Shown here: in pieces, positions 37,815 through 51,585 of the stretch
How positions within the stretch are numbered: the stretch's first letter is position 1
Layout of the letters: every line of letters starts with the position of its first letter
Assembly: GCA_964304625.1 (NCBI GenBank)
Contig: OZ199839.1
Span: 3,586,724 to 3,650,723, forward strand
Direction of reading: 5' to 3'
Length of the DNA stretch: 64,000 nt
Source: Kudoa neothunni
Taxonomy: Eukaryota; Animalia; Cnidaria
Notes under the pieces: model-generated
The model's database searches: none
What the model was told of the DNA's origin: nothing
The model's input: only the letters and a program-made list of their open reading frames with translations
Translations under genes and position numbers: made by a program

Positions 37815-40362
37815 GGTAATGGGGGAGCAGTCAGCTCATAAAATTAACCATGTTGCGCATGTTTAAAATTCCCGATCTTTCATATATCAACATATTACGT
37901 TTTTTAAATATTGGGTGTTCAAAAATTTTTTAAAAATTCACACTTCAACATTTTCTTCCAAAATCCAGCTTCGGGTGTCTTCGTCGCTCGCGCCTTTTAT
38001 TTTAACTTTTTGCCATAGAGCTGTTTCCGCATAAAAAAGCTTCAAACTTATAGAATAGAGCATTCAATAGTTTTTATGTTTGATTTAATGTCGCGTGTGC
38101 GTTTATTCTCATTATTATTACGTAAGTTCCTTTAATCTGTAATAAAGTTGTGTTGGGTGGTAAATTATATTCTATCCATAAATGATATCCTCTAGTACAG
38201 ATCAAAATACGTAATTATAAAAAGCGTGCATACTTAAATAAGAATTTGGTCATGCCTTCGTTAATAATCTTATTGAAACGGGTTTCTCGAAGGCGTCATC
38301 ATGGCAGATATTAAGTATCAGCGTCAATTTTATCAAATTTTATTAAATAATGAAGCATTGATTTATTTTTTGATAGAAAAAGGTTTGTTCAAAAGGCCTC
38401 CAAATAGATGCAGAAATTGTCATAAGTTTAATACTTATATGTTAAAAATAACAACAACCACAAATAATTCTTTGAGTGAACTTGATCACTTCTCCTATAT
38501 ATGCTCCAAGTACTTATTTCCAAAAAAACTTCATATTTATTATTTGGGAGAGATTGTAGAACTCATTATTCTCCCAGAACCTCAACATTTTTCGCATCTT
38601 CAAATTCCAATGGGCATAACTACTCGAAATTATCTGTTTCACAGATATTTGAACTTATATATTTATGGAGTGTTGAAGAACAGAGAAGTCGAGTAATCGC
38701 GCTCACAAATTTATCAGGAAAAACTGTCACATCATAGTTTTCCACATTCAGGAAGATTTGCGAGTTAAGTTTTTGCCGCCGAGAAAAATATCGAGGTCTA
38801 AATACAATAATTGAAATCGACGAATGTCTTCTCCGCGGTAAACGAAAAAATAATAGAGGAAGGTATTTGGAAATGGACCGGTGGAGAAGTGAGGAGAATG
38901 AAATTTACGTCCCAAGTGGATCGGAAAATGAGGACCTGGCAACCTCTTCTAGTTCAGAGCGATATGGGGATCGCATAATTGGTCCATGGGTCGTTGGAAT
39001 ATGCGAATGTTCCGTTAACAACGAAGGCAAACGTACGCTTCTTGAATGCAGATTTTTCATCGTCGAAAGGAGGGACAAGCGTACTCTTATACCGCTTATA
39101 CTGCAAGAGGTTGAGCATGGTGCAAAAATATTTACCGATGAATGGAAAGCTTATCGCACTCTTGGTATCTACGGTTACGACCACGTAACGATTAATCACT
39201 CCCGTGAATATGTAACCAGTCAAGGCCACCATACAAATACGGTCGAGGTAATATGGCATCATCTGAAAACGAAAATATTAAGACGTATGAGTGGGGTTCT
39301 GAGGCACTTATTAAATTCTTATCTGCAAGAAGAATGGCTTCGCTCAAAATACAATGACTGCTGGTCTTTTTTCGATTACATAGTGAGCGAAATATCTAAC
39401 ATATATTGAAATAATTTTTATCGTGATTTTTTCCTTTGTGCGCGAATATTTATTTTTTGCATAAAATAGCACCTTTAAACTTTTTTTAGTATTATTGATT
39501 TTAATATATGTTAAACCATCAATAAATAATTATAAGATTTGTTTTAACCATAGAATTATTTGTAAGAAAAAAAGATGGGGGATGAAACCAACGCTTAATT
39601 AAATCATGCTATATTATTTTCTGCCTCAAATTTTGATTCATTTGGGTATATTATATGTAAAAGTTTTTATAACTATTTAAAAACATTCCGAATTTTTCTT
39701 GACATAATAATAATTGGACAATAAGTGTATTTGACACAAATTGTGTTGTTTTTAAGTAAAACATAATAATAAAATTATTAAATACACTTTTTAAAATAAA
39801 TAAATTTATTAAGTATACGTAATATTTTCATTTATATACACATAATAACTCTATTACATTTACATCATCGTAGAATTTAATATATATCATTGCGATATTT
39901 CATACTTATCATCTATCTAATACGCTGGAAAAAATATAAAAACTAAATCTAAATAGGTGAAAAAGTTTTATGCGCAATTGGTCTCTATCGATCAAAATTT
40001 TAACCTAGAAAGCCAGACGCACATACACAATAAATATAATCTCATAAGTAAATATAATTATTCACACTCGTATTATTATTTTTTTGCGCCTAAACGTAAA
40101 ATCTAGAGGAAATCGAGGCAGCGGTTATTAATATCTTTTAAGTTATTAGAAAATACAAAATAATTTTTCGTGCGCATTGCAATGCGCGAGCGACGAAGAC
40201 ACCCGAAGCTGGATTTTGGAAGAAAATGTTGAAGTGTGAATTTTTAAAAAATTTTTGAACACCCAATATTTAAAAAACGTATTATGTTGATATATGAAAG
40301 ATCGGGAATTTTAAACATGCGCAACATGGTTAATTTTGTGAGCTGACTGCTCCCCCATTACC
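37815..40362 (+). mobile_element. Merlin DNA transposon with 179-bp TIRs
   Basis: TIRs 37815-37993 and 40184-40362 differ at 2 positions. 8-bp TSD TAATATTT/TGATATTT. Internal IS1595-type transposase. Confidence 0.93.
38301..39409 (+). pseudogene. Merlin/ISXO2-like transposase with a probable intron, one premature stop and a frameshift
   Basis: CRNC...C..DC Zn ribbon, IEIDEC..RGKRK.NRGR, WVVG, IFTDEWKAY, INHS, HTNTVEVIW. TAG at 38735-38737 where Trp is typical. Confidence 0.85.
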
Positions 40363-41667
40363 TGATATTTTGTCAGTCAATGCTGACTTTTATTTGGCGG
40401 GTGGAAATTTTTCAGCTACTTAGAAGGTTAAAAATGCTAGTATCGAGACTACTCGATACTCGTAAATTTCCAAAATTACTCGAAACTAAGTAACTTGAGA
40501 CATCATTCGGTTTGTGTGATGGATTAGTAAAAAGATGTGCATCTATGTATATTGTAATAAAACAACAAGAGGTTTCCATTTGTCAAAAAATCGACGATTA
40601 ATGACATCTTTTGATGTAAGAATTTGATAATTATTTAATAGTGAAATACTCATAAAAAATGAATTGTAACATTAAATACAAAAATTATCAACTAATTAGT
40701 TTGGTAAAATTGTATTAATCATAATATATACGTAAATTAATATTTGTGTAGGTTTGGTGTTAAATGGTATCCAGTAACTTAAAGCACTTGTTCCCGGATA
40801 ATGCTTAATGAAGAATAAATTTAATATTTTACTTATTTTCGACAGAATTTTTCAATAAAAATTGAAGCTTTAAGTTTAATAGAAATTTATTTTTGACAAA
40901 CAAATAGCAACAGCGAACAAGTGACGTCTATTTCGGAAATATTATTGTTGCATTGCTTTGTCAAACAATAGGAGGTAGTATGGGTAACCTCCTTTTGGTG
41001 ATTTAGTGATTTAACAGGATTGATCAAGGGTTCAAATAATACATAATATCATTTTTAACAATTCTAAGACTATCCGTTATACTATTTAGTTTCATGGAAA
41101 GTATGATAGGTTATTTGAATGGGGAAAATAGTTGATTCGCCACAATTTCTAAAAAATAAGAATCTATTAGTTTGGATAATTTATGATATTATAGGTTCTT
41201 CCTATCTATTGTGCCACTATAAGTAACCATAACAACGAAATGTGGCTTAAAAGTGTAAACATTTTTGACCTATAGGAGAAATTGGAAATTGGGCTTGGAA
41301 CCTATTTTATTTGTAGCAGTTCGTAAAAAGTTAGCATAGAAACCTCATTTAATAACGGATTGAATTTATTCTTGTATATTCCAAGAAATATAGCTTTCAA
41401 TAATGTATTTCGACTCGCTAGTAACTTTTATTGCCTTAAATTGATTCAAATGTAATTCAGAGAAATAATGACAATTTCCCCATGGATTCGTAGTTAGCTC
41501 TTAGAGGTATAATTTGCCAAATATACAACCTGGAATAATATGGAGATCATAGACGAATTCAATAAACTCGCGAAAAATTGATGCGCCTATTGTTGTTGCT
41601 GGTGAGTTGGGAATTCCCATAAACTATTCATAGACCGTGACTCATTAGTGTAAAAATAAAATCAAAA

Positions 41668-42529
41668 ATGAAAATGCAAGTGGTCGGTTTGTTTCTAGTT
41701 GCTCTCCTCGTTTTTTCAACTTACGGTATTAGAAAAGCACAAATAATTGTTGAACACTCGTAAAATGAAAATGTCTAATGTTTTATTTTTGGTAGGAGAA
41801 TGTAAGACTCTTTCAAAACACATGAAAGTAACTAATATCAGCGTATTGTAATATTACTGATTTTTTGTGGTTGGATTGATTAGAAGAGTAAAGCTGAAAC
41901 ACATAAAAATGAAAAGCAACGTCAATTATCAACTGATCAAATGGGATATCCAGTGACTACACTTTCTCCAGAGGATGTTTCAAGCACGATGGAGCAGCCA
42001 AGTGCGGATGTTAATGGTCCAGTACCTGCACCCATGGAACCTCCCCCTCCCCCTCCACCTGCTCCAGTTACCAGTATGCCACCTAGCACAGCAACAGGCA
42101 CTCTTACAGGAGCGCCTGCTCCTCAAGTTACCGGCCCCCCTCCAGTCCCACCTCCAAATCCGGCACCACCTGCTCCTCAAGTCACTACCACTCAAGTTCC
42201 ATTAGGTTGTGAACCAACTCCTGCACCTCCAGAAAATTGTGAACCAGAGAATCAAGAAGATGAAGAAAATCCAGAACAAGAAGAAGAAAACTCTAGAGAC
42301 AATATTGATGGTAACTAATTTGTTTTAATAAAAATTTTGATCATTTAATTTAGAATCAGATGATTCGCAAGTTGATATCCCGCCCGTTACGTTTAGCACA
42401 CACGATCTTAAAGACCTTTTGAAAGATGAAAAGAAGGAAGAAGAGAAACAAAAGAAACAAAAAAAGAAGAGCAAGAGTCATGCCAAATCCAATATTAATA
42501 GAAAAAATAAAGTTGATACCAAGGCATAA
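41668..42529 (+). CDS. Secreted proline-rich orphan protein; 4 exons
   Basis: Signal peptide MKMQVVGLFLVALLVFSTYG|GEC. Three GT-AG introns keep the frame. Poly-Pro/Thr core, acidic block and Lys-rich tail. Confidence 0.75.
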
Positions 42530-43664
42530 TTCTTTACTATATCAACCATTAGTCTATCTATGAATAACCTCTAGTGTGAAACCACTTTTATTTAGTTATT
42601 TATTTAGTTATTATTATTAGTAGTAATTAACTAACGGTTATAGATTTTCTTACTCATTATTATAAAATTGCACCAATATAGCTAGTGCAGTTCATAAACT
42701 ACAATAGCCGATATTTTCCTAATAATAGATAACATACATTTGTTGTTAGAGAGGAGATGTCACCACTCATAACGTTAGCAAAATTTCCAAATCTCCCAAT
42801 GCTCGCTTTCATGGTAAATCTGAAACCAGCTCCACAGTTAAAGTACTTAACGATGTGTGGGGCAACAATTTAAACATCTTTTCGTTAGCTCAAGACTTCC
42901 GTATGAGCCACAACCGTCACGATTATTCTAATCATCCTTAGATATTTTTGACTTAGAGTTTGTTTTTTCAATAAGATGAGTCTTGGTTGATTCTTATAAT
43001 TTGAAATGCAATAACAGCTTCAAACCGACATTACTACTTAATGCAAGCGGCTTATAAATTGTTTCCTATCTAGCACTGATAAAAACCATGCGCAATGGAC
43101 GTTAAATGATCTCTTGGCTTATTAAATAAATAAAATCAACAGATAATTAACCAATTTTTAAATACAAAATTAAATAAAAATCCCTCTACAATTTATCTCT
43201 TCTAATCCTCTATTTGAAATAAATCGTCACCTCACATATTTCTTAAATATGGTAATATAAAAGTGCGAATATTTAGTTTAAAAATATATTTTAATTTTGT
43301 AGATGAATAGCGCGTTATAATTAAGTTTTGACAATGTGTATCAGATATAACGGTGTCATTTCTAAAATAGGTCTTAACACCATAGATGTGTTAAACTCAA
43401 ATAATTAAAGGTTAATTAATTATTAAAAAATTTTGAAACTATTTATCATTATTTTAATTTAATTTAACGTACTTTATAACAAGCTGGAATAATTATGGTC
43501 AAATTGATAGTTTGTTAGCGCATTACTGAATAAATAACTAAAAAACTTAAATTTTGTATACTTTACGAGGACAAAACGTGAGCAAGATCCATTAATTTAT
43601 TTCTTGGGAGCATTTAGTTAAATATTACCAGCTTCAATGTCGGACTTATTAGGATTAACTAGTG

Positions 43665-44193
43665 CAGTGGTTCTAAGACTTTTTTTGCGATGGAACCCTT
43701 ATCTAAATTAACCCAATAAGGGTTGTTGAACAAATCTTTATGGAAAAATACTTATAATAAAAGAATATTTTATTTGTTACACACTTAACAAAATTTTACT
43801 AGCAAGTAAATATATTAATAAAGAAAATTATTTAAAACACGGAAAATTGGAACATATTCCGTGTTTTTTTAATTAGAGCTTGCAGATCGTTCATTTGCAA
43901 GTAAATCTATTTCTAAGTCTTCTTTTGATGATGTTCTACTGATCTTTTCTAACCATAGATCCATTGTACGGCTTAAAAATAGTTTAAATAATTTTTGAAT
44001 GAAAGAAATACTTGTATTAACAGAAATGCGGCACATTCTTCCTGCACGTACGTTGATGTGTAGCTTACTGACAAAAACCAGCTATCAGTGAAAATTTACT
44101 GACGTCTAAGATACAATATGTATCAATTTTTTATGTTACGATTAAAGGTTTTTTTCCATTACAGCTTTGTGGAACCCACTTTGAGAACCACTG
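43665..44193. mobile_element. hAT-type MITE (529 bp)
   Basis: TIRs CAGTGGTTCT...AGAACCACTG. Perfect 8-bp TSD AACTAGTG. Confidence 0.85.
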
Positions 44194-45714
44194 AACTAGT
44201 GTAACCTTTAGCATTTTTTTAAATGTCACGTTTAGAAACAGAAAAGTCTATGATGAATTCCGATCGTCTCGCACATTATTTTCGTATCAATCAAAGAGGT
44301 GATAGTTTTATATGTAAATCATAGATCGAGCCTCACTAATTTCATCTCCTTAGTGTAGTTAACTACGGTGTGACAAATTTTACGCGAAACCATTTTCTAA
44401 CAATACTACATTCTACATAAGTATTAATTAAAATGTTAGCATTATAATTTTAGGTGTTTTTTGTAACTTTTAAGCCAATTAGAATTAAGATGAAATAGTA
44501 AATAACCTTAATATGGAATCACGTGGTTAGCTTAGTTTCAAGTTGTCTATTTATAATTGTATTTTATTCTCAATAGACAGCCAAATTAAATAAAAAGAGA
44601 TATTAATGATAAATATTAAATAATTATATTATACAACAGTCTTCCCTCTCGGTGCCGAAAACTTCTACTTTGCGGTAATTTAACACATCATAAATTTAAA
44701 CAGGCGATAGAATTTTAAAAAATAATGAAGGATTTTACACAACTTTTGAATAAGAGTTTCTTGAATTGGTCTAAGAAATTTAATTGATGGAAACAGTGGT
44801 TTTATGGACCAAACAGTTTATTACCTAACTTGACGAGAGTGATTAAATAAATTTTTATGGCGAGATTGCCATAGTTGATCCAGTTATCATTTTTAACTGG
44901 AGAACCCAAACTATTATACACCTAAGATATCCTCTGGAGTTTATCAGCCATATTAATAAGTTGCTTTTATTAAATTAGCGAACAAGAGATAAAAAAATTA
45001 AAAATTATAGTTTCAGAAAAGAGTTTCACTAAATTTAAAAATGATCAAAATATTTCCATTCTAAGATTTTTTTTAAATATGGTCATTACCTACATTGTAT
45101 CAAAAAGGTGGCATACAAAATAATCATAATTGTGGCCATTAGTGCAAAATGTGTAAAAGTGATTAAGTGACTAGTTTTATGCACTTTTTTTCAAGAGCAT
45201 AATTATAGGTAAGAAATAATAAGTTACATAATTTTTTAGTAAACTGCCTGTAACCTAAAACTAATAAATAGATGTAGAGCCCAAACACGGTTCGCGTATA
45301 TGCAAATCATTTCAATATAAAATTTGTGCGAGTCAATGGGAACAGTTAGCTTTTATTCCGCAGTGAATAAAAGCTAATTTGCCAAACTATTATCAACATT
45401 ATATATACATCGATTATCTTGGAAACGACTCGAGTCTGTGATTCGTATTTTGATGAGATTTTTAAAATTTTCTCATGATAATTAAACTGGTTTTTGTCCT
45501 AAGAACTCTAACACTACAATAGAATTGTTCACTTTAAATAATCTCCAAAGAAACGCACTCTCGCACAACTCAAATATTATCAGCAATTGCAAAATATAAT
45601 GTTTGGCTTTCTAACATATTATGATAAGTTAAAACGCAACAATAAAGAATTAAGCTAAAAAATATAGAAAAAAAAACAATTAAAAATAATAAAATAAAAC
45701 CAACATAAAAATGT

Positions 45715-46155
45715 TCAATTTTTCCCTGAATTATTTAAAAGCAAATAGTTAACATGAATTTCAGGATTAATATCCAAAACCATTTCCAAAACATGATCAA
45801 CCACTGATTTTTCTACTTTCACACAGTGCTCGAGCATTTCTGAAATCTCTTCCTTACTTTTCTCCATTGTTTTTTGTTCAAATACCTCTTTTCCTTCGTT
45901 CTATACAAAGTTAAAAGTAATTGCGATTAAATATCTTACCAATTTTAGTTTTTCTTTGAATTCTTCTTCCAATTTTCGGTTAAATTGATCAATATCGTCT
46001 TGAGCTTCTTCTCTAGCTTGCTTCAAACGTTCCATTTTGGCTGTAACGCATTTCACACAAGCAAGCACAAAAACAACCTCACCTATTTTAGCTTCATTCT
46101 GGAGTTCAATGGCTTTTCGTTCGGCAGCTAACAACAAGTGAATGTGAGACGACAT
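45715..46155 (-). CDS. ATP6V1G: V-type proton ATPase subunit G; 3 exons
   Basis: IHLLLAAERKA...|AKMERLKQAREEA...|...VLDINPEIHVNY. Two GT-AG introns. Confidence 0.92.
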
Positions 46156-46785
46156 CCTTAATTACGTTACCGATCGATTGCGATCCCGCGCGGAAATCGA
46201 CGAAAATTCTTTTATTTTTTTCGGATTTCTCGCTCTCATTCTGATTTTCCACACGTTTTTTAATGTTTAATAGTACGATTATTCATTATATTAATTAGAT
46301 ATAGGTATCAGTTAAACTTAAATATTTACATTTTTTATATACAAATATTTGTTGAACAAAAAAATTTTTTAGAAACAATAAAACAAAGTTGTTTTAAATT
46401 AACATACAACTTAAACTATAACTAATTCTCATTAATCTAATGTTTCTTTATTTAAGTGTTTAAATTAAAAGGAAAACAACTATCGATAAATTATTGGGTA
46501 TTGAACTAATATTAAATAATTTAAATAACAAGCGAATAACTTAATCGAAACATGGTGTTTTTATCATTACGCTTTCAATTCTAAAATACTTAATTTTATG
46601 AAAATCTCCAAAAATTATGTAAAAATAATCTTTAAAATAGGATCATCTAATGTTGTTATGAATAAAATATTGCTACAGTAAGAAAAACTTTTACGTAATC
46701 TTCTTTGGATGAAAAAATGTATGATAACCTTGTCGCTTAAAACACTTTTACCCCAAGTTCAGCGTGCGCCTGCGTGATTATTTAC

Positions 46786-47208
46786 AGTGGGTGACGGGTA
46801 TTTGGCACCTTTAGAATATCTAACGAAATAAAATAACGTGGAAGACTATAACTTTAAACAAAGGTTGTAAATACATTTTAAAACTTATATTATTCAATTT
46901 AAAAATATAAATATGTTTTCAAGCGTTGATGGGTATTTGGCACTCTTTTCGCCCGGGTTAGATATCAAATCGCGTGCAACACTTCAATTTTGAAAAACAT
47001 GGTTGATAACAAGTGTAAAAAGTGGTATTCTATTAAGGAGAAACGTGATATCATCAGATTTTTTGAAAAGCAACCACTTAGAAGTGCTATAAGTCAAACT
47101 GTGACGCATTTTAAACTTGCTTCAATATCGACCTTAAATGGAATTTCAACAAAAAAATCACAAATTATCAATTTTTATGAGAGTAGCTTAATTAAAAAAA
47201 AAAGATAA
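46786..47208 (+). mobile_element. 5' fragment of a pogo/Tigger-like element with an HTH-psq/CENP-B-type ORF
   Basis: TA followed by CAGTGGGTGACGGGTATTTGGCAC, with a subterminal repeat at about 46930. ORF YSIKEKRDII...STLNGI. Confidence 0.55.
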
Positions 47209-48276
47209 ACTCTAAAAAATGGAGATAATTATTCATATTTTTTACCATACAGACACAAATTTAATTATACATGGTTTTATAGGTTTTAAGCATGGATAAT
47301 TTAAAAGCAAGAAGACAACCACGTGCTCCCAAAATAAATTTACTTAATTTTCTTAGAGCTGATTAGTTTTTTTAATAATTAATCTACATCATATTTTAGA
47401 TCAACATTTAATTTTAATAGGGGATAACTTTAGATAGATTATAGTAGGTTATCACTTTTTACGATGAATTCTTACATGTGTGTTTAGTATAACATTCAAT
47501 GAACGTTAAAAGGTTGTAATTATTATTTTTAATGTTTTAAACATATTTTAAGGTAAACAAATTAATATTATCATGTTAAAAAATGAGGTTTCTGAATTTT
47601 TATAATAAAAATTGAATAAAACAAATTGTACTACGTCAACATCTATTCTTAAAATTCAAAAAGTATTTTCATTATAGTGAAAAATGAGATGTTTTGCGAA
47701 ATTTTCAAAAAGTTTATTTTTAAAGTTAGTTTATATAAAATTGTTATATATCAACAGTAAAAACTCTAAGTAGTAATAATAAATAACTTTTGAGGTAGTA
47801 ACTAAGAATGACACAAAATAATTCAATGTTTGTTGAAAAAAGCACATTAAAGTTTATGCGGACCAAAGGATATTAATTTGAGAAATAAAAATTAATTTTC
47901 TTGTGTTTTCTTCATCTCTATTATTTTTTCTATTTTTTCCCCCCTTAAAAAGTTTATGGTGCACACATTTTCTTAGCAGGTCCAGAATTGACTTAAAAAT
48001 CCCGGGGACAAAAAATAACGTATTAAATCGCACTTTAAGAGAGTTCAAATAATTGGGGAACGAAAATAAATATGACACTGGTCTTAAATCATTTAGCGTT
48101 GGTGCCGAGACAGGAAATTGTTAATTATAAACCATTAATGATACACTCCTGCACAGAAATGATCATGATTTAAATTTCGAAATCAAAATCGACAAAGTAT
48201 GATGCTTTAAACAAATTTAGTTTGACTGTTTCTATAAATCAATTTGAAAAATCATATTTTTCTGAATGTTGTAAAG

Positions 48277-48326
48277 AAACGTCTATGCGAGATCTTCCCC
48301 AAGCAACGCTGGGCAGTTAACGCTAG
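48277..48326 (+). mobile_element. Helitron-type 3' terminus
   Basis: CCCCAAGCAACGCTGGGCAGTTAACGCTAG|T, homologous to 10266-10320. Confidence 0.55.
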
Positions 48327-51300
48327 TATCTTACAAAAATATAGCAAGCGAAGAATTCAATTTTCCGATAAAATGTATTACTCACGGTTTGATTTTTTCA
48401 TGAATAATAATACCAATCTCGCGCTAAATATTTGTTTTATCTCAATAAATCAACTAGTTATCCATGTAATGGATATCAAAACATTAATTGAGAAAATTAA
48501 TATTTTATTGACCGATAACATAATCAGCTAGGTTCCCTTATTAAGTAAAATCAGTAAATTTTAGAGAAATAAAGCTTTTTTTGAATTACTAAAAATTACG
48601 GCGTAATCTCATTAGAATACAACAAACGTCTAAAGCAACTGAAATTTAGAGTATTCGTATTCGTTTTAAAATTTTTGATATCAGTGCAATCCTAGTTTTA
48701 AATAATATATAATTTATATGTGACGGAGGAATATTTTAAATTCCCAATCACAACCAGACTATCAAGATTTTCATAAAGAGATTGATTTTAGCAATAAGGC
48801 CGTTTACACGGTCGTTCCATAATATCAGTCAACATTTAGCTCACATTCGAGGAATAACTTATTTAGTAATCATTTTTAAAAATTATATACGTACATATAA
48901 ATTCGCTCAACTCAAGATTGCAAACATCAGTAATTGTGCACATCCATATTTCTCCCCTTCATTATTCTTATAAGGGAATAAAAACTAATATACTCCATTC
49001 AGTCATCGTTTGTAATTTTGTAATTGAACTTTTCTATTGTAACCCATTCTTTATGTATTTATTCATATATATTCAAAATCAAATCTAACATTTCATTTTC
49101 CAGAAAATTTAAGAACACAAACAATGAAGTATCGAAATTTTTAATGCATTATTTTTGGGGGAGGTTTTATGTTTGAAAATTTTCTCTCTGTCAATTTGTC
49201 TTCGAATGCGTGTTGATTGTTAAGACCATTTTTCTCCCTCCTTAAATGCCATCGCGTAGATTTTTTCGTTGGAAAGAAATTTCATTATCAGCGTAATAGT
49301 AACTCGATTTGGGGTTCCGAATTATACAGTCACTAAATTCAAAATTAGTTTCTTCAAATTGTGGCTTGTATTCAGTGAATTCAGAATTCATTGTGCCACG
49401 TGTACAACCATAATTGGCAATATCCATATTTTATTATTCGCTGAATGCAAATTTTTTTAAGTTTTCTATAACAATAAATGAACTTTTATTATGTATAAAA
49501 ATTATTTAAAAAAATGTAAGGGGTTACTCAAAAAAGCTGGCGTCATTTTGATCCCATCGTAGGGAACGTGATTTTTTTAGCACGTGTACGAGGGTTAATA
49601 TAGTCGCTAAGCTCATCTAAATAAAATGAGACTGTCTTTGAAAGGTTCAAATTTTTACCAACGAAATCATCTGTTTCTGAATCTTGGGGAGGGGTTATCA
49701 TTGCGCCATTGTTACTGCTATGAATTAGGGGACACCATTATAAACTACACTACTATATACCTACAACATGTGTCTATGTTTATCCTTCATTGTTTTAATT
49801 AGCTGTCACATTAATGTAACTATACATAGTTATTAATTGTTTAAATGTGGTAGGAAAAGAAAGAAAACGGTTAATTTAATCGCGCGCTCAACGCAAAAAG
49901 ATACGACAACCGATCCTCATTTGACTTTTGATTTTTCGATTATTCGGAGTAACTATGCTAATAAATTAGTTAATGCGTGTGATTCTAATATTATATAATT
50001 TTTAAAATCGTTTAAAATATGAGCGACTCTTGTACTATGTAAAATAACTAATGTACGTACGACACGCCCATTCACTGTATTTTTATTTTTATCTGATCCC
50101 GAGGGGATTACGTATAGTGGTTACCAACCGTAGGAAATTAATTCGTTGCTCACATTACGAATGAACTTATTTCATTAATATTTTCAGTAAAAATTGATGT
50201 ATCTTACTAATTCGTTACAATAAAGTTCAAGTTGACAGAAATACGTGTTGCGCCAACAAATTCACACGAATTCGAACTATTCTGTATACACGCAAAGTGA
50301 ATCTTGGTGAAAATACGGCGGAAATTTGTCGATAAATTTTCACTTCATTTTGCATATAATTACACAATTATTTCTTGCATTTAAGTTTGCAAAAAAAGTC
50401 TGGGTTCAATTTTACCCCCAAAGCACCAAGTGTATAGTCAATTTTGAGACGTTCAGAAGGTTAATAGGGGCATCAATTTAGTAACATCCGGCTCAATCAA
50501 AATTTAGAAATAAAAAAAGAGAATATTAACATATACAATGAACATTCACGAAAAACTCTAATATAGAAAAGTTTAACAAACTATTGCAATGAGATAACGT
50601 GGTCTCCTCACGCTTTAACATTCAATTAGTTTTGTAATCTCGAATATCCGAATAATTCAAATAATTTCTTAAAATTCGAGAAGTGAGGATCTGAAGTTTA
50701 ATGTATCACCATAAGTCATTATTGCATTTAATAAACATTGGCGTTCCATTAGTAACAACTGACATATTTATAACTTCGCTTAGCCTATAAAAGTGGAAAT
50801 TCTGGAAGTAAAGCACATCAGAATCAATATTAAAGGGATCTCCACCAATTTTCCACGGGTTAAATTCTTAAACGAGCATGGGTATTACCACGTCCCTGGA
50901 GATATAATTCGTGATTACCTCACACTACAGTAACCCGGAAGTTTCCAAGATAACGCTGAATGTATTAAACCGTAACTAATCAATTGAAATAAAAAAATTA
51001 TCGATTTTTAATGAGGATATGAACCCCGACCCGAGTCAATCTAATCTCGCAAACGCCACTACAAAATTGTCTTAGGACGAATGATAAGTTAAAAATTTCA
51101 GATAGCCTCAAGATGAATGAGCGTTAGGCAGACGAATAGCAAATTACAGCATTTGTCACTGACGTGGCCATGTAGTATCAGAATTGTTTTTATTCATCTC
51201 ACTCATACAATGTAGGTAAGGAATATCCAATCATCACCAACTACCATGACGTTTACAATGAGGTAATCAGTTCCAAACTGCAATCATAAATCAGATATGA

Positions 51301-51585
51301 ATCTAATGTAATCAGACGCAAATTACGTCATCACACCTCCACGCCACAACTACATCGTAACAACTTGAACAACGTTGCTTCTACGATGAATACCGACAAT
51401 ACATGATAACGTGTCTTGTAACCCATAAGAACGATTAACAAACCACAAAAAGAGAATTAGATTAATATCTAAAATCTGATTTGTTTCTCTCTGGTGTTTT
51501 AGCCGTTATCACTTAGTTGTGTTGTTTACGCAAACAATTTTTGCAGATATGTAGCATAATCCGATTTATTATCACCTGGAAAAAC

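Noticed and set aside
41941-42318. Minicollagen or nematocyst collagen
   Set aside because: Poly-Pro is present, but there is no Gly-X-Y run and no Cys-rich domain pattern.
40950-45000. LINE endonuclease/RT fragments (~41450-41630, ~42700-43080, ~44800-44950; also ~32700-33000)
   Set aside because: Only faint motif echoes, too degraded to delimit without a search.
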